This document shows, one piece after another, positions 30,011 to 39,885 of a DNA stretch of 64,000 nt (position 1 is the first letter of the stretch; every line of letters starts with the position of its first letter). A program made the position numbers and the translations under genes. The DNA is from Rickettsiales bacterium. GTDB lineage: Bacteria > Pseudomonadota > Alphaproteobacteria > Rickettsiales > UBA8987. The stretch is taken from assembly GCA_020630095.1 (NCBI GenBank), contig JAHDCD010000004.1:13580-77579 (forward strand). Reading direction: 5' to 3'. The notes below the pieces were generated by a model. It had not been told where the DNA came from. It did no database searches and saw nothing but the letters and a program-made list of their open reading frames with translations.

Positions 30011-31522
30011 TTGGGATCTCATGAAAATTCTATATTTGAGAAAATGGACTTTAATTTACTTTTAAAAGGCTTGGTAAAAAAGGATTTTCCTACGTTTATG
30101 AGGAAGTGCTTTTCTACCGTTAACCCAGGGATTAGGTATCAGCATAATTGGCATTTAGATTTAATTGCCGAATATTTAGATGCCATAGATAAGGGGCAGA
30201 TTAAGCGCCTGATAATTAATATTCCACCACGTTATTTGAAATCATTCACTTGCAATGTGACCTACCCTGCTTGGGTGCTAGCGAATAATCCTACAAAGCG
30301 AGTTATATCTGTTTCGTATAGCCAAGCTCTTAGCTTAAAACATTCTATTGATTCGCGCGCGCTAGTTGAAAGTAAATGGTTTAAGCAATGTTTTAAAGAT
30401 TGTGCGCTGTTGGCGGATCAGAATGAAAAACATAAGTTTATGACCGAACAGCGCGGCTTCCGCTTTGCGACATCTGTTGGTGGCACGCTTACCGGCGAAG
30501 GTGGAGATTTAATTATTATAGATGACCCGCAGAACCCGATTAACATCCATAATCATGCGTATCGTGAGCATAGTATGGAATGGTTTTCCACTGTGCTTTC
30601 CAGCCGTTTAGATGATAAGAAAAACGGCGCAATGTTACTTGTTATGCAACGTTTGCATGAGGAGGATTTAACAGGAAAACTACTTAAACGCGGTGGCTGG
30701 GAGCATTTATCTATCTCCGCTCTGAATGAAAATGAAATTACTTATTATAGTTTTAAACAAATAAAAGCAAAAGAGTCGAATAAAGAATCTGTTATAGCTA
30801 TAACAGATTTTATTGATAATAATCTATTTAATTCAATAAGATCTGAATATTTAAGAAAGCCTAATTCTCCTTTACATTTTACACGTGAAGGATTTGATGA
30901 GTTGGATCAAATAAAGGCCGATTTGGGTGATCATGCATTTGCCGCGCAATATTTACAAAATCCTGCCCCCGCTAAAGATGGTATGGTTAGGCGCGATTGG
31001 CTATGTTATATATCTGAACCCTCTGAAGCGCCTGAGCAGATAATTTATTCATGGGATACGGCAATTAAAACTGCATCGCATAATGATTATACAGTTTGCA
31101 CGCGCTGGAAGACTTATAAGAATTTCTATTTCTTGGATAATTTATATCGCGGTAAATTGGAATACCCTGAACTGCTTAATTTAATTGATGAATTTAGTGC
31201 AGATGCTGATGTGGTATTGCTAGAGGATAAAGCCTCTGGGCAGTCTTTAATTCAAGACTTACGGAAGAATAGTAATCATCCTGTAATTGCCATTACCCCA
31301 CATAAAGATAAATTAACGCGCTTTGCGGCAACAACTCCGCTATTTGAGGCGAGTAAAGTAAAGATTAATCAGGATAGAGATTGGCGCATAGATTTAGAGC
31401 GTGAATTGCTAACATTTCCGAACTCAAAACACGATGACCAAGTAGATTCAATTAGCCAGTTTTTAAACTATATGAAAAATAGAAAGATAGAAATTTCTAA
31501 GCCCAACTTACGGAGGTTTTAA
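30011..31522 (+). CDS. phage terminase large subunit-like protein (orphan)
   Basis: Contains a Walker A-like IINIPPRYLKS, a Walker B DLIIIDDPQNP, and C-terminal RNaseH-like nuclease Asp motifs (YSWDTA, KHDDQVDS). The start may be the TTG at 30011 or the ATG at 30044. Confidence 0.8.
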   Translation: MGSHENSIFEKMDFNLLLKGLVKKDFPTFMRKCFSTVNPGIRYQHNWHLDLIAEYLDAIDKGQIKRLIINIPPRYLKSFTCNVTYPAWVLANNPTKRVISVSYSQALSLKHSIDSRALVESKWFKQCFKDCALLADQNEKHKFMTEQRGFRFATSVGGTLTGEGGDLIIIDDPQNPINIHNHAYREHSMEWFSTVLSSRLDDKKNGAMLLVMQRLHEEDLTGKLLKRGGWEHLSISALNENEITYYSFKQIKAKESNKESVIAITDFIDNNLFNSIRSEYLRKPNSPLHFTREGFDELDQIKADLGDHAFAAQYLQNPAPAKDGMVRRDWLCYISEPSEAPEQIIYSWDTAIKTASHNDYTVCTRWKTYKNFYFLDNLYRGKLEYPELLNLIDEFSADADVVLLEDKASGQSLIQDLRKNSNHPVIAITPHKDKLTRFAATTPLFEASKVKINQDRDWRIDLERELLTFPNSKHDDQVDSISQFLNYMKNRKIEISKPNLRRF

Positions 31523-32244
31523 ATTCCCTTATCTATTGCATCTACATGCAGAGAATAATCTTCAATTATATATTCAATATCTCCACCTTGTTGGATAATT
31601 AGCTTTTCTTTTATCCCAACATTAAACAGGATATTACCTTTTACTGGCAACAACTCTTTTATGATCAAAGCCCCTATAACACTATTGTCACTTTCTAAAT
31701 ATCGCCCCATATATTCTGGAGTCATACAAAAAGCTTCAAGCTCCTCTACTTCTTGTATTTCTGATAGAATTCTATCCGTTGCAATTTCTGCACCATCTAA
31801 ATCTGCAATGGAATAAAGCTCTTTATTTTGACATGTATTAGCAACCGCTTCTTTTAAAATATTACTATACTGCTCCAATGTCCCCATGAATACACCACCT
31901 TCTAAAAAACAACCTTCTGCCCTATGTTTATCAATATCTTTATCACCAATAATTAACTGATTAAAGGTTGGATCTACTATCATTAAATCAAGATTCCCTG
32001 TTTTATTATCTTTTACTACTGTTGCAATATATACATGACCATCTGCATTAACTCTAGCACATGAAATATTCATTCTGGCAAAATGATTAGCATACATAAT
32101 TGAGTAAGGGCCACATGCTAAATATAAATCTTTCCCACAACCTTTATCTTGTGTAAAACTTTTCACCCTAAATTTTGAATAATCACCAAGGCGACGCTCT
32201 TCCCTTTCCTGCTTGATAAGCGCTATGTAGAGTATCAAATTCAA
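31519..32244 (-). CDS. hypothetical protein, paralogue 2 of a tandem pair with a conserved Cys...His...Asp pattern
   Basis: LACGPYSIMYANHF...ADGHVYIATVV...LMIVDPTFNQLI aligns with the upstream paralogue. Confidence 0.55.
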   Translation of the reverse strand: MNLILYIALIKQEREERRLGDYSKFRVKSFTQDKGCGKDLYLACGPYSIMYANHFARMNISCARVNADGHVYIATVVKDNKTGNLDLMIVDPTFNQLIIGDKDIDKHRAEGCFLEGGVFMGTLEQYSNILKEAVANTCQNKELYSIADLDGAEIATDRILSEIQEVEELEAFCMTPEYMGRYLESDNSVIGALIIKELLPVKGNILFNVGIKEKLIIQQGGDIEYIIEDYSLHVDAIDKGI

Positions 32245-32944
32245 TTTGAGAATTTGCTGTTAACATTTCTTTTATAGCTAGCTTTGTATCTTCACTTCGA
32301 AATTCACCTCTAACATCAACGACCTTGTGTATGCCTGCTATTCTATTTAAGGCTATTTCATCTTTTTCTGTTAATGCTGACTCAAAAAAGGAATTGCTTA
32401 AAACTGGCTCTTCATATAAATCTATATGCTCAGCTACCAATGTTGTATCTAGTTTTCCTTTTTCTGAAGACCTTCCCGTACTGGAAGAAAAGTCTTCATA
32501 TATAGCTCTGTTTCTTGGATCTTTGGAGTTTAACAATGCTTCGATTAATAAATCTGCATATTGATCATAAGAGCCTAAATACAAACCATTCTTATTATAT
32601 GAATCTCCAGCATTTTTAGAATCTTCTGCGTTAAGAACAATTTGACCAAAGGTTGGGTCTAAAACTACAATTCCTGAATCTAATGTTGGTATAAGGATAA
32701 ACTGATGACCTTCGCTTCTAACAATTATGTTATCTATTCCTTTATCATCTAAGAATTTTGAATATGAGTTAGTATATCTTTCACATGCTTTAGAAAGTGG
32801 TGTTCTATCTTCTGAAAGCTTATCTAATTTTCTAACCCATAGCTCCACCTCTTCACCATTAATTTCCATCTTGTGAGGTAATGATTCTCCAGGAAATATA
32901 AATACCATAGAGATGATATCAGATTTTTTAGGTAAAAGTCTCAC
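32183..32944 (-). CDS. hypothetical protein, paralogue 1 of the tandem pair (GTG start)
   Basis: SKACERYTNSYSKF...SEGHQFILIPT...IVVLDPTFGQIV...LGSYDQYADLLIEAL aligns with paralogue 2. Confidence 0.55.
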   Translation of the reverse strand: MRLLPKKSDIISMVFIFPGESLPHKMEINGEEVELWVRKLDKLSEDRTPLSKACERYTNSYSKFLDDKGIDNIIVRSEGHQFILIPTLDSGIVVLDPTFGQIVLNAEDSKNAGDSYNKNGLYLGSYDQYADLLIEALLNSKDPRNRAIYEDFSSSTGRSSEKGKLDTTLVAEHIDLYEEPVLSNSFFESALTEKDEIALNRIAGIHKVVDVRGEFRSEDTKLAIKEMLTANSQIEFDTLHSAYQAGKGRASPW

Positions 32945-32950
32945 AATACT

Positions 32951-32982
32951 ATTAACTCATAAAAAAGTTTATTTTCTCTTAA
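32951..32982 (-). promoter_or_regulatory. degenerate CtrA-type box (TTAAG-N6-TAAAC) + N10 + GTTAAT, 6 nt before the GTG at 32944
   Basis: The minus strand reads TTAAGagaaaaTAAACttttttatgaGTTAATagtattGTG. The geometry is the same but there is one half-site mismatch and a weak -10. Confidence 0.3.
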
Positions 32983-33007
32983 CAAAAATAACTTTATACC
33001 TTCCGAT

Positions 33008-34672
33008 ATGAATATTTTTGAGGAAATTAAAGGTTTAGTTGTTCAAATAGTAAAATCTGAGTTTGGTGAGGTTGATGAGAATATTTTAAGCCGTATCGCG
33101 GTGGAACCTCCTAAAAACCCTGAGCACGGAGATTTATCTACCAACGCGGCGATGCTTTTAGCTAAGCCATTAAAGAGCAATCCACGTGAGGTTGCACAAA
33201 AAATAGTAGGAAGTAATAAATGGGAAGTTGAAAGCCTAGATATTGCTGGTGCAGGGTTTATAAATATTAAGCTTAATAAGGCTGATCATTTAAATGTTTT
33301 AAAGAGCTGTTTAGAAAATAAGCGTAAGTTTGGTAATAATAACCAAGGCGGTAATTTAAAAACTAATATCGAGTTTGTATCTGCCAACCCAACGGGCCCT
33401 ATGCATATTGGACATGCGCGTGGAGCGGTTGTAGGTGATGCGCTTGCGAATATTCTAAAGAAGTCTGGGTATGATGTTACTAAAGAATATTATATCAATG
33501 ATGCTGGTTCACAAATTGAGACTTTGCTTGAATCTGCTAAGTGTAGAATGGAAGGTAAAGATATACCTGAAGGCTTGTACCCCGGGGAGTACTTAATACC
33601 TGTTGGTGAGAAATTAAAGGAACTTCCAGAAGGTGAATGGCGCGGCTATGTTGTTAAGGCAATGCTTGATAATATTAAGCAGGACTTAAAAGGTTTGGGA
33701 GTTGAACATGATATTTTCACATCCGAAAAGGAAATTGTAGATTCAGGTGCGATTGGTAAAGCGATTGATAAATTACGAGATTCTGGGCTTATTTATGAAG
33801 GTGTGCTTGAGCCCCCAAAAGGTAAAGTAATTGAAGATTACGAAGCTTTGCCGCAAACTTTATTTAAATCTGCGCAATTTGGTGACGATGTAGATAGAGC
33901 GGTAATTAAGAATGATGGTGGAACAACTTATTTTGCATCCGACATTGCGTACCATGAAGATAAATATAATCGCGGATTTAACTATCAGATTGTTTCGTTA
34001 GGTGCTGACCATGGTGGTTATATTAAACGCTTAAAGGCGGCAACTAAAGCGATATCTGATGGCGATGCGGAACTAGAAGTCGTTATACATCAGCTGGTTA
34101 ACTTCATGGAAGATGGTGTTGCCATTAAAATGAGTAAACGCGCTGGTAAGTTTAAAACTGTAAAAGATGTTTTAGATGATGTTGGTAAAGATATTTTACG
34201 CTTTGTTATGCTTACTAAAAAGTCTGACTCTACTTTGGATTTTGATCTTGTTAAGGTCAAAGAGCAATCTAAGGATAACCCAGTATTTTATGTGCAATAT
34301 GCGCATGCTAGATGCAACTCTATACTTAACAAAGCTTTAAATGACAGCGGTTTAAAGCCAGAAATTAGTGCAGTAGATAAATTAAAGTCTGAGCATGATT
34401 TTAATCTGATTAAGAAAATATCTGAGTTCCCAAGAATTGTGGCGCAAAGTGCGGAGCATTTAGAACCGCACAGGATCGCGTACTATCTATATGAGCTTGC
34501 TGGCGAGTTCCATAGCCTATATAATATGGGTAAACAAGATGGTGAGCTTCAATTTATCATTGAAAGCAATGTAGAACTTGCTAAAGCTAGATTATGCTTG
34601 GTTGAGGCCGCTAAATGTGTTATAGATGAGGGCTTAAGATTACTAGGTGTAACCGCCATGGAGGCAATGTAA
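33008..34672 (+). CDS. argS: arginyl-tRNA synthetase
   Basis: 554 aa. Contains SANPTGPMHIGHARG (HIGH) and an MSKRAG KMSK-like motif. Confidence 0.95.
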   Translation: MNIFEEIKGLVVQIVKSEFGEVDENILSRIAVEPPKNPEHGDLSTNAAMLLAKPLKSNPREVAQKIVGSNKWEVESLDIAGAGFINIKLNKADHLNVLKSCLENKRKFGNNNQGGNLKTNIEFVSANPTGPMHIGHARGAVVGDALANILKKSGYDVTKEYYINDAGSQIETLLESAKCRMEGKDIPEGLYPGEYLIPVGEKLKELPEGEWRGYVVKAMLDNIKQDLKGLGVEHDIFTSEKEIVDSGAIGKAIDKLRDSGLIYEGVLEPPKGKVIEDYEALPQTLFKSAQFGDDVDRAVIKNDGGTTYFASDIAYHEDKYNRGFNYQIVSLGADHGGYIKRLKAATKAISDGDAELEVVIHQLVNFMEDGVAIKMSKRAGKFKTVKDVLDDVGKDILRFVMLTKKSDSTLDFDLVKVKEQSKDNPVFYVQYAHARCNSILNKALNDSGLKPEISAVDKLKSEHDFNLIKKISEFPRIVAQSAEHLEPHRIAYYLYELAGEFHSLYNMGKQDGELQFIIESNVELAKARLCLVEAAKCVIDEGLRLLGVTAMEAM

Positions 34673-35895
34673 TGAGCTATAACGAGACTTATCAAACTAT
34701 TGACGCAAGGGATTCTAATTTTAAACGCAAAAAAGCCATAGCTGCTATAGCCATTATAGGCTCAATACTGCTTTTGGTAATATTAGGTGGACTAGCCTTT
34801 AACTCATCGCAAACTGGAAGTGCAGATATTCCACTGATAACTGCCGAAAGTGAACCTTATAAAACTTTTGTATCGGAACGCGTTGTGCAAACACCCAAAG
34901 TTTATGAAGTGCTTACTGATGAATCAGCCCAACCTGCAGCGCGTACAATTGTAAAAGAAGAGTATGAAAGTGAATCCTCAAGACTGGCGCAGATACGAGC
35001 GAATTTAGAGAGTAAATATGATGGCAATACTGAATCAACAGTGCAACAAGCTGTAACTTCAAGAGTTATAGGAACTCCAAGAAGTAATGCTGAGCCTACA
35101 AAGGTAAATAGCGATAATGGCGCTGAGTCTAACTTATTTAGTTACGTAACTCCTAAAGCTAAGCCTGAAGCTCCTAAGCAACAAGTTGCAAAGGTAAGGC
35201 CTAAAGAATCTAATTCAAGTGATGTATTTGCTGTAGTTAAACCTGAGAAACCAGTTAAAGAAATATCTAAAGTAATCGAGACTGCAACTGAGCCAAGTGG
35301 TATTGCTAAGCAATTTGCTTCAACTAATTTCAGATTTACCAAGCCTAATGCACCTAGAGTTAAGCAAGCTTTAGCTTCTAATAATTCTGATAATTCTAGA
35401 ATATCTATCTACGAGCCTGCTAGAGAAGCCTCTATTAAAACTCCAAGTAATGATGGCTTTGTAAAAAAGAGTTCTACTCCATTTGATCCATTTGCTAAAT
35501 TTGGCTCTGCTACTGTAAGTGGCAGTGTTAGGGATGCAGGTGGTTCAGTTCAATTAGCTAGTAATAATTATAGTAATGATGAAGTTACCTCTGACGCTTC
35601 ACAAATTGTTTATAACAATAACTCGGTAAATAGCACTTCTTCTGATAAAGATTATTTTATTCAGCTAGGCTCCTTCCGCTCTACAGATAATTTACGTACT
35701 ACTTGGAATATTTTAAAACGCAGATTCCCTAGTCAATTAAGGCGCCTAAACTATAACGTACAAACAGCCAACTTTGGTGAGCGTGGTACTTTCTATCGTT
35801 TGCAAGCTGGTAGCCTACCTAATCAAATAGCCGGCAAAGAAGTGTGTGCTATTTTAATGGCTAACGGTCAAGACTGTATCGTTGTTTGGAACTAA
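34672..35895 (+). CDS. SPOR domain-containing membrane protein
   Basis: Has an N-terminal TM anchor, a long low-complexity linker, and a C-terminal DYFIQLGSFRSTDNLRTTWNILKRRFP...YRLQAG SPOR-like domain. It sits downstream of argS, the usual alphaproteobacterial arrangement. Confidence 0.7.
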   Translation: MSYNETYQTIDARDSNFKRKKAIAAIAIIGSILLLVILGGLAFNSSQTGSADIPLITAESEPYKTFVSERVVQTPKVYEVLTDESAQPAARTIVKEEYESESSRLAQIRANLESKYDGNTESTVQQAVTSRVIGTPRSNAEPTKVNSDNGAESNLFSYVTPKAKPEAPKQQVAKVRPKESNSSDVFAVVKPEKPVKEISKVIETATEPSGIAKQFASTNFRFTKPNAPRVKQALASNNSDNSRISIYEPAREASIKTPSNDGFVKKSSTPFDPFAKFGSATVSGSVRDAGGSVQLASNNYSNDEVTSDASQIVYNNNSVNSTSSDKDYFIQLGSFRSTDNLRTTWNILKRRFPSQLRRLNYNVQTANFGERGTFYRLQAGSLPNQIAGKEVCAILMANGQDCIVVWN

Positions 35896-35898
35896 AGC

Positions 35899-36456
35899 AT
35901 GAATCTACTTAACCAGATATGGCTAGAAGCTTATGTTAAATCTGGTTGGATTAGGAGTTTTTATTTTTCTACCCTTATAATATTTGCGTTAACTTATTTA
36001 TTAAAAATTGATACAGTTAATGGCCTGTACTTCTGCCTAATAGTTATTAGCACTCTTAATTTCACCCAGATATTTCAAGATGATAAAGAAAATGGAGTGT
36101 TAGAACACAATATTATTAATTTAGGTACTTCCAGTACAGTTTTAGTTAAATTAACATCCTTTTTAGTAAGTAACTTTTTGCCAATTATTTTTATTAAACT
36201 AATTATTGATTTTGATAACTCTATTAGTTTTATTTTAATTTCTGCAATTATTGCAATGATTACTACACTTACGGCGGGGCTTTTAATTAAGCTTAATACA
36301 AGCTCTAACTTACCTTTAATGATTACATTCCCTGTAATTTTAAGCCTTATAGTATTTGCCATTAAAGGCTTGAGTGTAGCAATACTTGGATATCTATTAA
36401 TTATTTTGCCAATTTCTGTTTTCGTTACATCTTTTTCATTGCGTAATAATTTGTGA
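35899..36456 (+). CDS. polytopic membrane protein, possibly divergent heme exporter CcmB
   Basis: Has five to six TM helices. FQDDKENGVLEHNII resembles the CcmB F..D.EDGSL.LL segment. The call is weak. Confidence 0.4.
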   Translation: MNLLNQIWLEAYVKSGWIRSFYFSTLIIFALTYLLKIDTVNGLYFCLIVISTLNFTQIFQDDKENGVLEHNIINLGTSSTVLVKLTSFLVSNFLPIIFIKLIIDFDNSISFILISAIIAMITTLTAGLLIKLNTSSNLPLMITFPVILSLIVFAIKGLSVAILGYLLIILPISVFVTSFSLRNNL

Positions 36457-36497
36457 AAGGTTATAAATCTCCCATCTTTTTTATCTGATTTAAGTGT

Positions 36498-36573
36498 GAT
36501 CTCGTAGCTCAGTCGGTAGAGCAACTGACTTTTAATCAGTGGGTCGGGAGTTCGAGCCTCCCCGAGATCACCA
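36498..36573 (+). tRNA. tRNA-Lys (anticodon UUU)
   Basis: Cloverleaf read by hand. The acceptor GATCTCG pairs with CGAGATC. The D arm is GCTCAGTCGGTAGAGC, the anticodon loop is CTTTTAA, and the T arm is GGGAG-TTCGAGC-CTCCC. The discriminator is A and CCA is encoded. Confidence 0.93.
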
Positions 36574-36781
36574 ATCATTTCAATGACTTATCACGACCCA
36601 CTGCTCTAATTAACTTCCCAAAATCAACTCTAATAGGCACCGAATAGGCACGGTAAGTAAAAACTATGAGTATCATGGCACTAAAAGTAGCAACTCATGG
36701 TTTATTTTTTTCTATCTATATTTTAATGAATCTAACTAGTTTATCTTGTTTTTAAACTGGGTAATTATAACCTAATCAGCT

Positions 36782-37132
36782 ATGATAGACACTTACGAAA
36801 AAGCCTCTGCTCAAATGCTAGCTGCACTATGTGTCCGTAATACATTTCTTGAAGATTTGCATTCTGGAACCGTTCCAACTTCAAAAACTGGAGATTATTC
36901 AGACATTACTGTTAAAACTCCTTATGGTGAAATACCATGGAATGAAGTTTCACGTTTAAATGACGATGAAATGAAAATACTAATGAAAGAAGTTGTTAGT
37001 AAGCTTTACACCTTTTTTCAAAATCAAAATGATGATGATTTTATGGACGGCTTTGTAAATACAGCAATGAGATATATTGAGCATTGGGATGAGCCCAAAA
37101 TTGATAGTAGATTATTGTCTTTTAAGAATTAA
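36782..37132 (+). CDS. hypothetical protein (116 aa)
   Basis: ORF only. Confidence 0.4.
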   Translation: MIDTYEKASAQMLAALCVRNTFLEDLHSGTVPTSKTGDYSDITVKTPYGEIPWNEVSRLNDDEMKILMKEVVSKLYTFFQNQNDDDFMDGFVNTAMRYIEHWDEPKIDSRLLSFKN

Positions 37133-37224
37133 AGACATTTTCGGTCGTTTTATTTGCAAACTTGCAAATTCATTCTTGATTAATTTATATCAAGATGTCA
37201 GAATTTAAATTGGTGTAAATTACT

Positions 37225-39885
37225 ATGAATCAAGCGCAAGTTGAAAAGAAGCTAAGTGAGTTAGTTAGGAATATAAATAAAGAAGATTTTATATATGATT
37301 TTCTTATGTGCTACGGCATACCCAAAGCTACCATTACCTTAATGAAGAAAGGTAGTAGAGATTTATCAAAGGTTGAGCATCAAAAAATACTAAAGAAGAA
37401 AATATTCTTTCATGAAGAACTTAATGGCGGCAGTTTATACGAGGCTATTGATAAGTTAAAAAATGATAGTTCAACATTCAAGCATGACCCTAATTTTATA
37501 ATAGTAACCGATTATAAAAACATTGTCGCAATTGATGTTAAAGCAAATGATACTTTAGACTCCGAAATAGAAAATCTTCATAAGAAGTATGATTTCTTTT
37601 TACCTTTAGCAGGTATGAAGAAATATAATGTTGCTGATGAAAATGAAGCTGATGTTAAAGCTGCAGAAAGAATGGCAAAGCTTTACGATCAGTTGCAGAG
37701 CGATAATGAGTTTGAAACAGAACAAGAAATTCATCACTTAAACATCTTCTTATCTCGCCTATTATTCTGCTTTTTCGCTGAAGATACTGATATGTTTGAA
37801 GGTGGAGATAACATCTTCACAAATTCAATTAAAAGCCATACCCAAGAAGATGGCTCAGATTTAAATGTATATTTAGATAGGTTATTTGAAGCACTTAACA
37901 CTACATCAAGAGATGATTACCCAGACCATTTTTCTAATTTTGATTATGTAAATGGTGGCTTATTTGCTGAAAATATTAAAGCCCCTCAATTCACAAGAAA
38001 ATCAAAAAGATTAATTGAAGATTTAGGCGAGCTTGATTGGTCTGAAATTAATCCTGATATTTTCGGTTCAATGATTCAGGCCGTTATCACCCCTGAACAT
38101 AGGGGTGGTTTGGGCATGCACTACACATCTGTGCCTAATATCATGAAGGTTATTGAGCCTTTATTCCTTGATGAGCTAAAGGAAGAATTTAAAAAGAATC
38201 ATAACAATGAAAAGAAACTAAATAAGCTACTTTTACGGTTAGAGAAAATTAAAATTTTCGACCCTGCCTGTGGTTCAGGTAATTTCTTAATTATTGCCTA
38301 TAAAGAACTTAGAGAGCTTGAGATTAATATATTCGTTAGAATTAACGAGCTTTCGCAATCAAGGCAGCTTCCGCTATCTCGAATTAAATTATCTCAATTT
38401 TACGGTATAGAGCTTGATGATTTTGCCCATGAAATAGCCATTTTATCACTATGGCTTTCTGAGCATCAGATGAATAAATTATTTAAAGAAAAGTTTGGCG
38501 ATGCTCCAAACCTTCTGCCTTTAAAGCCAAGCGGCAATATTGTTCATGGCAATGCAACCAGAATTGATTGGGAAGAAGTTTGCCCTAAAGAAAAAGATGA
38601 TGAAATCTATATTTTGGGCAACCCTCCTTATTTAGGCTCAAGTATGCAAGACGCTACCCAAAAAGAGGATATGGCAATTGTTTTTGATGGGTTTAAAAAT
38701 TATAAAAACTTAGATTACATAGCCTGCTGGTTTTATAAAGGTGCTGAATACATATCGGGCATCAATTCAAAATATGCTTTTGTATCAACTAATTCCATAT
38801 GTCAGGGGGAGCAAGTTGGACTCTTATGGCCTACAATTTTTGATAAAAATATTGAAATTAACTTTGCTTATACTTCATTTAAGTGGAGTAATAGTGCTAA
38901 AAGTAAGGCTAAAGTTATCTGCGTTATAGTTGGTCTAGCCAATAAGCAAGAGTTAAGTAAAAAAATATTTAATGAGATATCTATCTCTGAAGTTAAATCA
39001 ATAACTCCATACTTAACTTCAGGTAGATATGTTAAGCTAGAGAGAAGGTCAAAGAATATAAGCCCTTCATTACAGTCAATGGTTTGGGGGAATAAGGCTA
39101 CAGATGGAGGGAACTTTATATTAACCATTGATGAGGTTAATTCTTTAAAAAATGATTTTCCTGATAGTGTAAAATTTATAAAAAAATATATAGGTTCTGT
39201 AGAGTTTATAAGGGGAGTTGCGAGATGGTGCTTGTGGATAAGGGATAAAGATTTAGATAAAGCAAAAGAGATTCCTTTTATATTTGATAGAATTGAACGG
39301 GTCAAAAATGAAAGACTTTTGAGCAAAGCTGCGTCTACTAGGGCGTCAGCTAATAAGGCTCATAAGTTTATTCAAATACAGGGGGAACCTGATAAAGCCT
39401 TAATTATACCTAGCGTTTCTTCAATCAATAGAGATTACATTCCGATAGGTTTCGTTGAATCTGATACTGTTGTTAATGCTCAATGTTATGTTGTTTATAG
39501 ACCAGAATTTTATCTTTTTGGAGTTCTATCTTCTAAAATGCATATTACTTGGGTTAGAGCCGTAGCAGGTAAGTTGAAAAATGATTTTCGCTATTCTTCG
39601 GCTCTTTGTTACTCATCATTCCCAGTTCCCGAACTAACTGATGCTCAAAAGAAGATAATAGAAGACTGTGCGTTAAATGTTTTAGATGAGCGAGATAGGC
39701 ACCCAACAAAAACAATGGCAGAGCTTTACGACCCTGATAAAATGCCTGATGGCCTCCGCCAAGCCCACAAAATGTTAGATGAAGCGGTTGAAAAATGCTA
39801 TCGCAAAAAACCATTTGAATCAGACGAAGAACGCCTTGAACACCTGTTTAACCTATACGAAAAAATGACATCGGAGGAAGTGTAA
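37225..39885 (+). CDS. MmeI/PglX-family N6-adenine DNA methyltransferase (886 aa), no recognisable N-terminal PD-ExK nuclease motif
   Basis: Motif I is FDPACGSGNFLI and motif IV is GNPPYLGS. The family-typical segments LDWSEINPDIFGSMIQAV...GLGMHYTSVPNIMKVIEPLFLDEL and the C-terminal AELYDPDKMPDGLRQAHKMLDEAV are collinear with MmeI as I remember it. Confidence 0.85.
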   Translation: MNQAQVEKKLSELVRNINKEDFIYDFLMCYGIPKATITLMKKGSRDLSKVEHQKILKKKIFFHEELNGGSLYEAIDKLKNDSSTFKHDPNFIIVTDYKNIVAIDVKANDTLDSEIENLHKKYDFFLPLAGMKKYNVADENEADVKAAERMAKLYDQLQSDNEFETEQEIHHLNIFLSRLLFCFFAEDTDMFEGGDNIFTNSIKSHTQEDGSDLNVYLDRLFEALNTTSRDDYPDHFSNFDYVNGGLFAENIKAPQFTRKSKRLIEDLGELDWSEINPDIFGSMIQAVITPEHRGGLGMHYTSVPNIMKVIEPLFLDELKEEFKKNHNNEKKLNKLLLRLEKIKIFDPACGSGNFLIIAYKELRELEINIFVRINELSQSRQLPLSRIKLSQFYGIELDDFAHEIAILSLWLSEHQMNKLFKEKFGDAPNLLPLKPSGNIVHGNATRIDWEEVCPKEKDDEIYILGNPPYLGSSMQDATQKEDMAIVFDGFKNYKNLDYIACWFYKGAEYISGINSKYAFVSTNSICQGEQVGLLWPTIFDKNIEINFAYTSFKWSNSAKSKAKVICVIVGLANKQELSKKIFNEISISEVKSITPYLTSGRYVKLERRSKNISPSLQSMVWGNKATDGGNFILTIDEVNSLKNDFPDSVKFIKKYIGSVEFIRGVARWCLWIRDKDLDKAKEIPFIFDRIERVKNERLLSKAASTRASANKAHKFIQIQGEPDKALIIPSVSSINRDYIPIGFVESDTVVNAQCYVVYRPEFYLFGVLSSKMHITWVRAVAGKLKNDFRYSSALCYSSFPVPELTDAQKKIIEDCALNVLDERDRHPTKTMAELYDPDKMPDGLRQAHKMLDEAVEKCYRKKPFESDEERLEHLFNLYEKMTSEEV

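Noticed and set aside
36075-36578. 167 aa minus-strand ORF overlapping tRNA-Lys and the membrane protein gene
   Set aside because: It runs antisense through a clear tRNA and through the ccmB-like gene. The N-terminal MIGDLGEARTPDP... is simply the tRNA read backwards.
37501-37545. Possible PD-(D/E)xK nuclease motif in the methyltransferase N-terminus (VTD...IDVK, D96/D104/K106)
   Set aside because: This segment (PNFIIVTDYKNIVAIDV) lines up with the MmeI-family PRYVLVCDFQRFRLTDL block, which lies downstream of the true nuclease motif. Where MmeI has D...E-x-K, this protein reads KKKIFFHEELNGG, with no Lys. This is judged from memory of MmeI and needs a real alignment.
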